Shown here: in pieces, positions 1 to 14,241 of the stretch
How the letters are laid out: the number at the start of each line of letters is the position of its first letter
Position numbering within the stretch: position 1 is the stretch's first letter
Assembly: GCF_009914755.1 (NCBI RefSeq)
Contig: NC_060926.1
Direction: 5' to 3' (one strand)
DNA: 64,000 nucleotides
From: the human T2T-CHM13v2.0 reference genome, Homo sapiens
Translations under genes and position numbers: made by a program
The notes under the pieces: generated by a model
Databases searched by the model: none
The model's input: only the letters and a program-made list of their open reading frames with translations
What the model was told of the DNA's origin: nothing

Positions 1-247
1 AAGCTTGTACAACATCACGGTGACACTGACATCACTTGGATATGATGACTGAGCAAGATTGAGTATGAAGAATGACCCCCTAGGATGACTTTTATATGAC
101 TGAATGGAGGGTGATGCCTTTTAGTTGCTACGTAGAGCCATGGAACAGATCTGTGGAACTAGATCATGAGATGAATTTTGGATATGTGGAAGCATTTTGA
201 AACATTTCTTTGAGAAATTCAAATGGAGCTATCAAATAACCAACTGG

Positions 248-538
248 GGCCAGGTACGGTGGCTCACGCCTGTAATCCAAGCACTTTGGGAGGCTAAGAC
301 AGATGGATTGCTTGAGCCCAGGAGTTTGAGACCAGCTTGGGAAACATGAAGAAACCCTATCTCCACAAAAAATGCAAAGATTAGCTGGGTGTGGTGGCAC
401 ACACCTGTAGTCTCAGCTACTCAAGAGGCTGAGATGGGAGAATGGACCCGGGAGGTGGAGGTTGCAGTGAGCCAAGATCACGCCATGGCACTCCAGCCTG
501 GGTGACAGCGCAAGACCCTGTCTCAAAGAAAAAAAAAA
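248..538 (+). mobile_element. Alu (AluJ-like)
   Basis: GGCCAGGTACGGTGGCTCACGCCTGTAATCC start, two monomers, A-tail; J-type GAGCCCAGGAG and GACCCTGTCTC. Confidence 0.92.
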
Positions 539-639
539 GCCATTGGATAAAAGTCTGGAATTGAGTGGCAAGGTCTGTAAATCTGTGAGTTACCTCCATC
601 AGGGTGGGACTTAATATCATAAAATGATATTTTATAAAG

Positions 640-1250
640 GTTGGCAGTGGAGAGGATCCAAAATATTAGGGTATGGGTAAGGTTTAGAGGCTGGAAGGAT
701 GGTAATCCATGATATGCAGTGGTGAAACAGTGGATAAAACTATCTCCTGCAAAAACTTGGGAGAAGTATCGTATATCTAATAAAGTTTAGCTTTAGACGA
801 CAAGATGGAAAAATAGAATATTAGAAGCTCATGTGGGTTTCTATTGGATGTATTTGCCAGACATTATTAGAAAGAGATGAACTCAGAAAATAATTACTGT
901 GTTTGGAATCAGGAATGAAAAGGAGGACAGAAAATTATGAAATTCAGGGACTTATTCTTGGAAGAAGCAATGGCTTTTCAACTTCAACTAGAGAAAGCTA
1001 ATACTAAGAAGGCTTCCGAATAACAAAAGCTGATTAAAACTAAGCTTTGTGTCAAGGGTCAAACCCGCTGATATTAAAACAACTGAATGAAATAAGATGT
1101 TTCAGAGTAAGCGTCCAGCCAAATTTGTCCAGCCCAGTAAATAAATACCTTTAGTGACTCAGAAAAAAGAGATTAAATGTGAGGCAATCCCTGTGCAGCC
1201 TTATAAACAGCAGGTATGCACAATTAATTTGTGAGAGAGCATTTTGAATG
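640..1250 (+). mobile_element. Old MaLR internal (MLT1-int-like) fragment
   Basis: Resembles recalled MLT-int sequence (e.g. AGAAAGAGATGAACTCAGAAA); boundaries approximate. Confidence 0.45.
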
Positions 1251-1267
1251 TAAGAAAGCAAATACAG

Positions 1268-1560
1268 GGCCAGGTGCGGTGGCTCACGCCTGTAATCCCA
1301 GCACTTTGGGAGGCCGAGGCGGGCAGATCACGAGGTCAGGAGATCAAGACCATCCTGGCTAACATGGTGAAACCCCGTCTCTACTAAAAATACAAAAAAT
1401 TAGCCAGGCGTGGTGGCAGGTGCCTGTAGTCCCACCTACTCGAGAGGCTGAGGCAGGAGAATGGCGCGAACCTGGGAGGCAGGGCTTGCAGTGAGCTCAG
1501 ATGGCGCCACTGCACTCCAGCCTGCATGACAAAGCGAGACTCCGCCACAAAAAAAAAAAA
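1268..1560 (+). mobile_element. AluY
   Basis: GATCACGAGGTCAGGAGATC, ACCATCCTGGCTAAC, GCTTGCAGTG diagnostics; AAGAAAGCAAATAC duplicated on both sides (TSD). Confidence 0.93.
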
Positions 1561-1673
1561 GAAAGCAAATACGTAGGCATTCTGAGTACCCTGTCTAAGG
1601 AGAAAAATAAAATCTAGGGACATAGAACTGACAGGAGTCAGAACATAAGGGGCTTGTTTTAAGGAGGTGATAA

Positions 1674-1958
1674 GCTGGGCATGGTGGCTCACACTTGTAA
1701 TCCAACTTTGAGCAATCCCTCAAGGAGAATTACCTGAGGCCAGGAGTTTGAGACAAGCCTGGGCAACATAGAAAGACCGCCACCCCTCCGCCAAAAAACA
1801 AGCTGTCCATGGTGGGTACCCCTGTAGTTCTAGCTACTTGGGAGGCTGAGGTGGGAGGATTGCTTTAGCCCAGAAGGTCGAGGCTGCAGTGAGCCAAGAT
1901 TGTGTCATTGTACTCCAGCCTGGGTGATAGGAAAAGACCCTGTCTCTAATAAAAATAA
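1674..1958 (+). mobile_element. AluJ
   Basis: Diverged dimeric Alu with GAGGCTGCAGTGAGCC and GACCCTGTCTC. Confidence 0.88.
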
Positions 1959-1966
1959 ACACATAG

Positions 1967-2289
<323 letters not shown>

Positions 2290-2879
2290 TTAAAAAAATA
2301 AAGGAGTGATCTGGCAAAAGAACCACATGGTCAACCAGAAGCCCGTGACTAACTGAGACCTAACAATGACCCTGGGTCATCAACCTGCTATGGGCAGGAA
2401 GTAGCCTGAGAAAGCTTCTCAGTACTCAAGGAGGAGCTTCTATCCAATTCCACTTCAAGTGTGACCAAGGAGGGTGACAGAAAAGGAAGAATCTCCCAGA
2501 GGGTGAAGCCAAAGGTCAAGGTGGCAGTTTCAGAGTCTTCTTCTGTGCCTTTCCCACCAGAAAGGCTGTTGTTTAATGGTCAGAGAGCCAATGGGAGGCA
2601 TTTTTTCAGCTACTGAGTATAGCCATCCTTAGGGGTGACTATCATACATTTAGGGGCTGGGGAAAAGAGCAGAGAGTGTGTCTATGTGACTAACAGTGAG
2701 ATGGACTTGATTTATAACTTCCTTTATTCTTTGGTCTCCATATGCTCCCATGCTAAAGTGTGGTAGGCATGATGGCATTTTGGTTCCCTTAATACCTGTG
2801 TCAGCTCAGACTCTGTATCATACAGTCGTGAGTATTCCCTCTGCTCTGTGAACAGTTATTCTGGAAAACGGCCAAATAT

Positions 2880-3250
2880 GCACCTACACATTGGAATAAT
2901 ACTCTACATAAATGAGAATGAACAAACCACAACTTTACACAACAATATTGATGAGTTTCGCAAACATAAAGTTGAATAACAAAAGCAAGATACAGAAGAG
3001 TACATAGTATATGATTCCATTTATATAATCATTAAAAACAGGCAAAACTAGTTTATCATCATTGAAGTCAAGATAGGTAACCATTGGGGGGCTAGTAATT
3101 GAGAAGAGAAGAAATATGGGATTTCTGAGAATGGTTGTATTGTTCTTTCTCTTGATCTTAGTGTTGTTTACATTGTCATTCTCTGAAAATGCATCAATCT
3201 TTACATTTATGACGTGCACTTCTCAGTATGTATGCTATACTATTAATATT
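2880..3250 (+). mobile_element. Old L1M (L1ME-like) 3' end
   Basis: TACATAGTATATGATTCCATTTATAT...AAAACAGGCAAAACTA motif of ancient L1 3' ends. Confidence 0.65.
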
Positions 3251-3356
3251 TTTGTATAAGTCTTTGCGGGTGGATCTACATCTATTATTTTTATATCTTC
3301 ATTTCTTTTAGATAATTACCTATAAGTAGGGCTATAAGGTCATAGGCTATGTTTAA

Positions 3357-3654
3357 TTTTTTTTTTTTTTTTTTTTTTTGAGACAGGGTTTCACTCTGTC
3401 ACCTACGCTCAAGTGCAGTCAGTAGCACCATCACAGCTCACTGCTTGACCTCCTGGGCACAAGCAATCTTCCCACCTCAGCTTCCCAAGTAGCTGGGACT
3501 ATAGATGCACACTACCATGCCCAGCCATTTTAAAAAAATTTTTGTAGAGATGGTGTCTCCCTGTGTTGCTTAGGCTGATCTCAAACTCTTGGACTTAAGC
3601 GATCCTGCTGCCTCAAAGTGCTGGGATTACAGGTTTGAGCCACCATACCTGGCC
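3357..3654 (-). mobile_element. AluJ within an old minus-strand L1M fragment
   Basis: Poly-T then GAGACAGGGTTTCACTCTGTC; TGTTTAATTTTTT repeated on both sides. Confidence 0.9.
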
Positions 3655-4089
3655 CTGTTTAATTTTTTTGACTACTGAATTTCCTAAAGAAGTTGTAGCA
3701 TTTTACACCCCTACTAGGAGTAAATGAAAATTCCAGTTGTTCTACATCCTTGTCAACTCTCGTGATTGTCTTCTTCATGTTTGCCATTCTGGTAGGTGGT
3801 CATGATTTTATCTCTTTGTGGTTTTAATTTTTACTTCCCTGATAGCTTATAATATCAAGTGCCTGTTCACCATTCTAAATACTTAGAACAGGGTCAGGCA
3901 CAATGTTAGTGTTCAATAGATGTTTAATGAATAAAGGAATTAAATATCAGGAATTTCAACGTTATACCTTTTACTAAGTATGTACCAAGCTCTAAACCAC
4001 AATTAACAGCAGTATGCAAAATATGACTTTTCTTTATTTCTACATGTGAAGTTCCTAAAAGCAGAGTAGTATTAACTGTTCTCTTTTTA

Positions 4090-4340
4090 TGTATAAAAGA
4101 GTGGTTAAAAGACTGGGTTCTAGCAACAGACTCCCTGGCTGTCTCATCTATTATCTGTGTGATTTTAGGAAATTTAGAAGATTGTTTCATGCCTCAGCCT
4201 CCTCATCTGTACAATTGCTGCCATAATAGAATCTACTTCATAGTGTTGTTTTGAGGATTGAATGAGGCAATTTATGCAATGTATTTAGAACAGTGCCTGG
4301 CATATAGTAAGCTCTCAGTAAATGTTAGTTTTTGTTATTT
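4090..4340. mobile_element. MIR
   Basis: GCCTCAGCCTCCTCATCTGTAC core and TTAGAACAGTGCCTGGCATATAGTAAG tail. Confidence 0.7.
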
Positions 4341-4437
4341 TCCAGATATGTTTAAAAAAAAAAGCTTACAATTCTTTTCTATAAACTGTGTATATGAGTA
4401 AGAAAAACATGGCTCCTTTTTACAGTTAAGAAATTGA

Positions 4438-4766
<329 letters not shown>

Positions 4767-5010
4767 AGAGTTATTGTTTTATATTTACTCAGGGTGCCAT
4801 TACTAAGCCTTCCTAAGATAGAAATTTGTAGTAAGAGTTATTCCTCTTGAATAACATGGATAATTCAGTTGGCCAATTACTTGTTAAAAAAATGTGCCAA
4901 TTAAAAAGTTCTTTGAGTAGGTTCATCAATTGTAATAAATGTGCTACTCTGGTGGGGAATGTTGATAATGGGGATGTCAACCTAAATAACATACATAGAA
5001 AGACTCTCTA

Positions 5011-5492
<482 letters not shown>

Positions 5493-5544
5493 TTAACACT
5501 GATTATTGGTTACAATGATCCATAACAAGGGGGGGCCAGTCTGA

Positions 5545-5903
<359 letters not shown>

Positions 5904-6230
5904 GCAGAATTATTTTTTTGCGCAAGGTTGTGGTATTTGTTGAGTCTTTTGTGATAGTTCTGGTTATTATGCAGAACTAATAAAGGTTAATTATACTCAC
6001 AACTTTCTCTTATATCTTTTTCTTCATATAAAAGTCAAAAAACAACAACAATAACTTGGGTAGTACTAATGAAATAAAATCCCAGTAGCGGATTCTCTGT
6101 CTCTGCCTATGATCTTTCACTCAAAATACTTAGAGGCCATGTACCCATATTTTTATGGGTTATCTAATTTGCATGTCACCTAAAGTAATTTTAAAATTTC
6201 TAACCTAGTAAATTGAAAGATTAATGGTAT

Positions 6231-6792
6231 TGAAAGGTATCAGAATATGCCACCCTAAATATGACACTTGGGCGTATTGATTTTGAGCTGAAGGCAGTTG
6301 AGATACAGCAAACGCAGGAACTCTCTGCCCTCCCTTTTACTGCCTAAAAGCAGGGCGTAAATGTCCCCCATCTCTTGTGCCAGGTTGAGGGGAGCAGGCC
6401 TTATCATTGAAGATGAGACAGCTGGCACTGAGATGAGTCTGCATAAACAAATCTTACTAAAATAACCCCTATCTTCCACTAGTCTCCCCCATATATTTCG
6501 TAGTCACTTTTCCACATTTATTGGCCCTGGAAGCCCAAACCTCTTTTCCTTTGACTCATCATTTCTCCATGATTATTGCCCTTGGCTAAAATGGTATATA
6601 AACCTTGAGTCTTAACTCCTTCTTTGGGTTTTCACTTCTTTTCTGTGAAGACCCTGTGCATATAAAAATATTAACATCAATAAAATCTGTATACCTTTTC
6701 TCCTGTTAACTTGTATTTTGTCAGTTCAATTTACAGATCTCAGTTACTAAACCTAAGGAGGTAGAGTAAAAGTTTTTTTTTTCTCCCCTACA
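6231..6792 (+). mobile_element. ERV1 solo LTR (MER34-like)
   Basis: TGAAAGGTATCAGAATATGCCACCC...CTCCCCTACA; TG..CA ends, internal TATA-like and AATAAA. Confidence 0.72.
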
Positions 6793-8517
6793 CTATATTC
6801 CCTTTTTTTCACTGTTACCAAGTAAAATTTCATTCATTTCTCACCCCCTTTTTAACAACAAAATTGACCTCTACAACCTTCTTTTTGCTTACATTTCTAG
6901 TGAGTACAAATATTTCTATTTAAGGAAAGAGGCTCAGGATGAAGAGAAAGAGAGATCTTCTCTGTTTTGCAGCTTTTGGGTGAGAGTGCTTTCTGTATCA
7001 TTGAAAGCATTTGAATAATGTAATTTGATAAAGCACTAGAAACATTCATTAGACTCCTAATCTTGCTTTTCTGTGCAATAAAAGAGATTCCTGTGAATAT
7101 TTATAACTGTTTCTAACTTGTTTCTTGCTTATGTTAATCTGCCCTTGAAAGCAAAATTTAAACAAAGAGAACTTGTAAAATTGCAGAGACTTTAGAAAAT
7201 GGTGCTATATCCCATGAAAATAACCTTCAAAGAGAAACATGTAATTCTGATTAGTTTTCTTACTTGTTTTTTTTGTTCTGATAATAATGTTGAAATTGAC
7301 ATCTCTATATTCCTAAAAAGAAAAAATATATTTATGAGTTGTTTTTCTTAAATCAGTTAACCTTTTCCCCTTCTGGTGTGAATGGAGGGGGGAGTTGTAT
7401 GACTGCTAGACTTCATCATTTAAAAATGATTAACAATCTCATTTAAATAAACAATTGTGAGATATACTTTTATTAGCTCTAATGACTTAAATGATTTTCT
7501 TTGTGTATTTGATATGGCCTGTTTCACCAGCTTCGGGGAAAAATCACTTCATATTTTCATCTCCACACACCTTACTTGGCAAGAACTTAAATATCTCCCA
7601 CTTTGATTTTCTTCTGCTCTTCCCAGTTGCCCAAGAGTCTTTGGACTGAAGCTTGAGTGCTTCCACACATCAGGCAGAGTGCAAGGTGGGAAGTCCAATC
7701 AGCCCAATAGTTGATGGTTGCTTTGGATGCTGTCACTCAGTTACGCTACTGAATATCTTGGACAGCCGGATGAACTCTTGTCCATTATTTCACTGATACC
7801 CTTCCTGGCACAGATCCTGGCAAAAGCTGCTATTGATGACCTGGAGTTGGGCTCCAAGGTTACATTTACATGCTCAAAGGGTCAACCTCCACACTTTGCC
7901 TTTTAGTTGAGCCCATGGTACCAGCCGAAACTCCCTGTTTCCTTGCAGTTGTTCCACTTTGAGGCTCATGACATCTTTTTAAACTAGTGGACTACTGTTT
8001 AAGCCACCCAGGTCCACCTGGGTCAAATGAGGCTTCAGTATCCACACCTCCCCCCACCCCTTTGGGTCTTGGGATCCTTAAGCAAAGTGGTCAATTTCTC
8101 CTTTTGAGTAGTGCGTTCAAAGGGGCCTTAGGTGGAGGCTCCTTTATCACACCCACAGGATTCTGTTACATCTTCTCCCGGGACAATGGCTGTATGTCTG
8201 CCTTATACCTGCATCACTAAAGGAGCTGCCATTCAAGAGATAGCTCACATAACAAGACAATCTATTCCTAGGTAAATTGTGCCTCAACTTTGGCACCAGA
8301 GGCAGCTATCATAATTTTGAATTTTTTTAATTTTTTAAATCAGAGACTCTAAACACTTATTGAAGGCCATATGTTACCAAGAATAAGGCCAATAGAAGGA
8401 AGGATTTGAGGCCTGGACATACGAAAGAAGTTATGGGTTTTTAGATCTGTTTGTGTTCATATTGTTCAGTAGAAAGCTCTGTGTGTACCAAAACAAATTA
8501 GGCCTCTGTCTGAGAAC

Positions 8518-9020
8518 TATAGAAAAGGAAAAAACTTTTCCTTTACTCACTCAGGGTTAGTAACTGGGGGCTTGTGAATGAAATTGACAAAAGACAGATT
8601 ACCAAGAGAAAAAACCGAGTTTATTCTTGCAAAGTACGTACACATGAGAGTGTTCAGTGCTGAGTAACTCAAAGGGGTGGTTAGAATTTGGAGCTTATAT
8701 ACCATTTTAATAGATAAAGGGGAGGAATAGAAAGGCACTATGGGAAAACAAATAACTTTTTAGCAGCATAAATGAGCTCTATGGAGAATAGATAAGAGAT
8801 CTGAATCTTGTGTCAATGTCTGTTTAGATGTGGTGTCAAACTCACTCCTAGTCTCTGAGATTAGAGTTGCTTCTGGAGAGAGGATTTATGACAATTAGTT
8901 ATTTTGGGAGGCTCTACTTTTGGGCAGATAAAGGATTTCCAGAGCTAAAATACCTTCATCTCAAAATAATTTTTATGACACAATGGCATATTTTGAAGTG
9001 TCATATTTTGGTCCCCTTCA
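8518..9020 (-). mobile_element. ERV1 solo LTR (MER34-like)
   Basis: Ends ...CATATTTTGGTCCCCTTCA, reverse complement of the start motif seen in the 6231 LTR. Confidence 0.65.
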
Positions 9021-9493
9021 CAAAGGACCAAATTATTTGAACATTATAAAATACAACAAATTCAAAAAATATACAGAAAATAGTTTATCTCCTGTTTCTT
9101 TTGACATATAATTCACTTTAAAATTCAATGTAAAAAATCTAAATACCCCCAATCTCCCTAGATAGCTAACCACAGGTAATTTTAACCCTACATATATGCT
9201 CATTCCAATTAGATCATGGATAAAGGAGCTTTGTGATCTTGGAATTCCCTTTACTTTGAAGCCTCAGCCAATAGCAGGAATAAATTCTTAATGTCAATTT
9301 ACCAATGGTAGCCCATCTGGTACATTGGTATAAGATGGGAAAATGCAATTAACTCACATGAAGAAAGCTTGGCTTCATGCTTTTCATATTTCTGATCTTT
9401 AGATTTTAGTGTTTACTTGCCAAAATCTTAACAATTTTCCTTCCTGCTTGACATGTTTGTAGCTGCATGATGGCTCATCAGATAGGTCTATCC

Positions 9494-9797
9494 TTTTTCT
9501 TTTTTTTCTTTTTTTGAGATGGAGTCTCACTCTGTTGCCCAGGCTGGAGTGCAGTGGTGCAATCTTGGCTCACTGCAACCCCTGCCTTCTGGGTTCAAGT
9601 GATTCTCCTGCCTCAGCCTCCTGAGTAACTGGGACTACAGGCCTGTGCCACCATGCCCAGCTAATTTTTGTATTTTTAGTAGAGATGGGGTTTCACCATG
9701 TTGGCCAGGTTGGTCTTGTACTCCTGACCTCAGATGATCTGCCCGCCTCAGCCTCCCAAGGTGCTGGGATTATAGGCGGGAGCCACCATGCCCAGCC
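9494..9797 (-). mobile_element. AluSx-like
   Basis: Full dimeric Alu, T-rich tail. Confidence 0.92.
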
Positions 9798-11220
9798 TAG
9801 ATTGGTGTATTCTAATATCTACTGAAGACTGGATTACATTATTGTTATTTTTAACTAGAAAGATAAAATTTAGAGAAAGTATCATTTTCAAGTAAATTGT
9901 GTGCCTATGAATCTAAAGAAGACAAAAGATTAGTTGACTAAGCCCTAATGAAGTAGAAAATATCTGTATTTTGTTTAAATAACTATGGGTCCGTAGCCTA
10001 TGGGGACACTTAGTTTTTTAATTCTATACTGCAGCAGATACTCAACAATGGCCTTGGAATAGTGTCTTTTTTATGTGGCCAGTGAAGTTTCCCTGCTGAT
10101 GGCAGATGGCAATTTATTTTTAAATTGGCCTACACAGAAATACTTTTTTTTTCTACCTTGGCTATGGTGCTGATTTCAGGAAGACAAGCCTCCATAGAAT
10201 GTTAATACTGGCAGGTTAGATTTTTCATGTAACCTTAATTGGAAGAACTGGGAATAATGACTGAAAATTCACCTATAAATACCTCCCACAGAGGAAAAAT
10301 CTACACAGAGTTGTTGCTAATGATGTCAAGGTCTCCGGCTTCTTCTACAGCTGATGACTGTTATAAATCCAGACTTCTCCCTCGTGTCTTATCTTGGTAG
10401 AAATGCTTTGAAGACCCATTCTCCCTCTGCTACAACAAGGCCTTTAAACATTCCTGCAAAACTGCTCTTTTATATTAATGTTTCCTCGATGACTCCCCTG
10501 AGCCAATGACAGCATCTGCTCCCACAGTTTGCCAGGACATTAAAGCAAGAGCTCCTCTCAGCTCTGTATGATGTATGATGGACAGGTCTTATCAACTGCA
10601 TTTTAATCAGGTTCTTTCTTCTCTGCTCCTAAGGAGAAGTGTTTTCCGTGTTGTGGCATTGACGTACAGAGGCTCTCACCAGCTCTTTTCATAAATTCAT
10701 AAGAAAATTAGTTTATAGTTATGAAATAATACCTTACATTTTCCTTGTCCAGATTTGCTTCTGTCAAAAGAGGAAGATTTGCTATTTGCTTAGTAAGGGT
10801 GGGTTGAGTCAGTGTCTCTCTCTGTGTGTGTTTATTCATTTTATAAGAAGATAAGACATTTATCTGTTATGTAGTTTATGTCATAGAAAAAGTTGTAGAT
10901 ATAATAATTCTATTTTAGAATTATTTCTAAGTGGAAATAATTCTAGATCCAAGCTGTGCTTTGAAACTATCATTTCATTTTATGAGAATTTTATTTCTGA
11001 AATGACATTCATGATCTAATATTAAATGACTTCTTGTGAAGTTATTTCGTAGCACTGAAAAAAGGAATCATGGAAATAAATGATGTAAATATATGCATTT
11101 CCCAAATCTATCACTGTTTGATCCAAGGGCCATTGTATGGGTATTGCTGTGGAGTCTTGTATAATGAAAGAATCTTAGAATGTTTATCTTAGAAATTATT
11201 TTAGGTTAGTGTTTCCCTAT

Positions 11221-11619
11221 TGATATGCTTTGGCTCTCTGTCCCCACCCAAATCTCATGTTGAATTGTAATCCCCAGTGTAGAAAGAGGTGCCTGGGAAG
11301 TGATTGAATTGGTGGGTGGTGTCTAATGCTTAAGCACCATCCCCCTAGTGCTGTCCTGTGTTAGAGTACTTATGAGATCTGGTTGTTTGAAAGTGTGTAG
11401 CACCTTCCCCTTCACTCTGTTTTCGTCTCGCTCCTGCCGTATTAGACATGCCAGCTTCCCCTTTGCCTTTTGCCATGATCGTAAGTTTCCTAAGGCCTCC
11501 CCAGAAGCAGAAGCCTGTACAGCCCACAGAATGGTGAGCCAATTAAACCTTTTTTTTTTTTTAAATAAATTACCCAGTTTCAGGAACTTCTTTATAGCAG
11601 TGCTAGAACAGACTAATAA
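11221..11619 (+). mobile_element. MaLR solo LTR (MSTA/MSTB)
   Basis: TGATATGCTTTGGCTCTCTGTCCCCACCCAAATCTCATG...CAGACTAATA; 5-bp TSD CCTAT (11216-11220, 11620-11624). Confidence 0.9.
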
Positions 11620-12217
11620 CCTATGTTTTCCACAAAACAATGATTCAGAGAACTGCCAATCAGTTCAAAGGAAAAAAATGATGAGGAGAAAACCTGGCCT
11701 GATAGATTTATGGGGCAGATTAAACACATAAAGTTTTATTTATTATAATATTTCACATATCCATATAGCATTTAAAATGCTAATATAGATTGTGGTGTCC
11801 AAGAGGCAATGTTTTGCTTCCCAAGATGATTGGACCACAAATTCATTTCTCCCCCCAATGTATAATTTTGTGGGGCTCACGTTTCATCATTCTTGGGCAA
11901 GTGCTGATCAAGCACAACTCCTTAGTGATTCAGTGGAAGAAAATGGAACCCGTAAGAGGTCATTGACATGTCCAAGATCACTCAGATGCAGACTCAAAGC
12001 TGGAACCAGAACTCCCCATGTCTGTGTTTTTTCCGTGATTCCATACTAGCTCTACTTGCTTATACTTCACTACACGTAGACTACTGTTAGAGTAGTTTCT
12101 ATGTGATTTCCTTTTATGATATGCTTTTAAAAATTAGATTATTATATTCATATGTTATAATAGTAATCTGAATTTGTTCACATTTTCTTTTTGCATTTTT
12201 TTTTTTTATGGTAAAAA

Positions 12218-12271
12218 TGATACAGGAGGGGGCGGGAAGTGCTGGAAGGAGAAGGGCGGGTCCCTGGCTAG
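12218..12271 (+). mobile_element. 5' stub of an ERV1 LTR (LTR9/HUERS-P-like)
   Basis: TGATACAGGAGGGGGCGGGAAGTGCTGG...GTCCCTGGCTAG matches the recalled LTR start, then stops abruptly. Confidence 0.65.
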
Positions 12272-12835
12272 AGTTAAGGATTGTTTTTTCTATTTCTGTG
12301 GAGAATGTCATTGATATTTTGATAGGGATTGTATTGAATCTGTAGATTTCTTTGGGTGGTATGGACATTTTAACAATATTGATTCTTCCAATCCATGAAC
12401 ATAGAATATCTTTCATTTTTTTGTGTCCTCTTCAATTTCTTTCATCAATGTTTTAAGAATTTCATTGTAGAAATCTTTCATTTCTTTGCTTGCTTCCTAG
12501 GTATTAATTTTATTTGTGGTTATTTTAAATAAGATTGCTTTTTTGATTCTTTTTCAGATCGTTCACTGTTGGCATATAGAAATGATACGGATTTTAGTAT
12601 GTTGATTTTGTATCTTGTAACTTTACTGAATTTATTATCAGTTCTAAGTTTTTTTGTGGAGTCCTTAGGTTTTTCCAAATATAAGATTATGTTCTTTGTA
12701 AACAAGGATCATTAGACTTCTTCCTTTCCAGTTTGGATGCCCTTTCTTTCTTTCTCTTGTCTGATTGCTCTAGCTAGGACTTCCAGTACTTTGTTGAATA
12801 ACGGTGGTGAAAGTGGGCATTCTCAGCCTGTTGTA
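12272..12835 (-). mobile_element. L1 (L1MA-like) ORF2 fragment
   Basis: Minus-strand translations [23 protein letters not shown] and ILYLEKPKDSTKKL..NKFSKV are L1 ORF2p RT-region motifs. Confidence 0.9.
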
Positions 12836-13179
12836 GAGCCATCCTCTGGGAATATTTTTTGTCGCACCTTTGGATCCATGTTGTTTCATGGATACTAAGT
12901 CTCTCTGTTTCTGTTTTTTTTCTGTGTTTTTTTCAAACCTTTATAAATGACGTTTTACATGTTTACATTTTTTTCTTTCTGAAAGCTTTCATACCCTTCT
13001 CTGTAACCTTGGTGTTCTGGAATTTCATAATTATATGACTGGGTTGTGGGTCTTTTCTCATTCCCTGTTCTGCTTTTTGTAGTCTTTTCCAGTCTCTGGC
13101 TTCATGTACTTAAGTATAACAATGTCCTCTCATCTGTTTTTTTTTTGTGTGTGTGTATGTGTGTCTTTTGTTTGTTTGT

Positions 13180-13870
13180 TTTTTACATTGTGGTAAAATG
13201 CATGTAATATAAAATTTACTGCCTTAACCATTTTTAAGTGTACAGTTCAGTGGCATTAAGTACATTAATATTGTTGTGCTGCCATCGCTACTATGCATCC
13301 CCATAACTCTTTTCATTTTGCAAAACTGAAACTCTGACCATTAAACAATAACTCTGTATTCCCCCTTCCCCTAGCCATTGGCAATCACTATTTAACATTC
13401 TGTCTCCTTGATTTTGACCACTCTAGGTACCTCATTATAGTAGTTACGGTTTTCTAGAGAAACAGAACCAATAGGATGTGTGTGTGTCTGTGCGTGTGTG
13501 TGTGCATGTGTGTGTACACATACATTATACGCACACACATACACATATAGAGACAGAGATTGATTGAGAGAGAGAGAGAGATTGATTTATTTTCAGGAAT
13601 GGCAAGGCCAGCAGGCTGGAGACCCAGGGAAGAACTGATGTCAACATATACAATTAATCATCCTCATCCTGTAATCCCTGTGACTCAGGAGGCTGAGGCA
13701 GAAGGATTACTTGAGGCCAGGAGTTTGAGACCAGCCTGGGCAATAATAGTGAGACTCGTCTCTACAAAAACAAAAGGTAAACAAAATATTTAACCATCAT
13801 ACTCACATAAGTGGAATTATACACTATTTCTCCTTTTGCGTCTGGCTTATTTCACTTAGCATAGTGTCAT
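13180..13870 (-). mobile_element. L1MB-like 3' end interrupted by an MLT2 LTR fragment, (TG)n/(GA)n and a FLAM
   Basis: TTGTGGTAAAATG..CATTTTTAAGTGTACAGTTCAGTGGCATTAAG; MLT2-like CTAGAGAAACAGAACCAATAGGATGTGTG at ~13453; Alu monomer ~13665-13785. Confidence 0.72.
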
Positions 13871-13879
13871 TATGTTATG

Positions 13880-13972
13880 TCTTCTCCTTCTCCTCCTCCT
13901 CCTCCTCCACCACCTCCTCCTCCTCCTCCTTTTTCTTCCCTCTTCCCCTCCTTCACCTTCTCCTTCTCCTTG
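13880..13972. repeat. (TCC)n/(TTC)n pyrimidine-rich simple repeat
   Basis: Directly visible. Confidence 0.9.
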
Positions 13973-14079
13973 ACTTAGCCTGCATTTCTTATGTTGAACA
14001 AGCACTGCTTTGGAGTTTATGAGGCAATTTAATCATGTTTACTATTCCCCTTTTATTATTCTGTGGCACTAGTTCTTTT

Positions 14080-14241
<162 letters not shown>

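Noticed and set aside
7741-7800. Minus-strand NNGQEFIR resembling ASF1 (GQEFIR)
   Set aside because: The match does not extend in either direction.
9840-11200. Repeat-poor stretch as possible exon or enhancer
   Set aside because: No ORF, convincing splice pair or motif cluster supportable from sequence alone.
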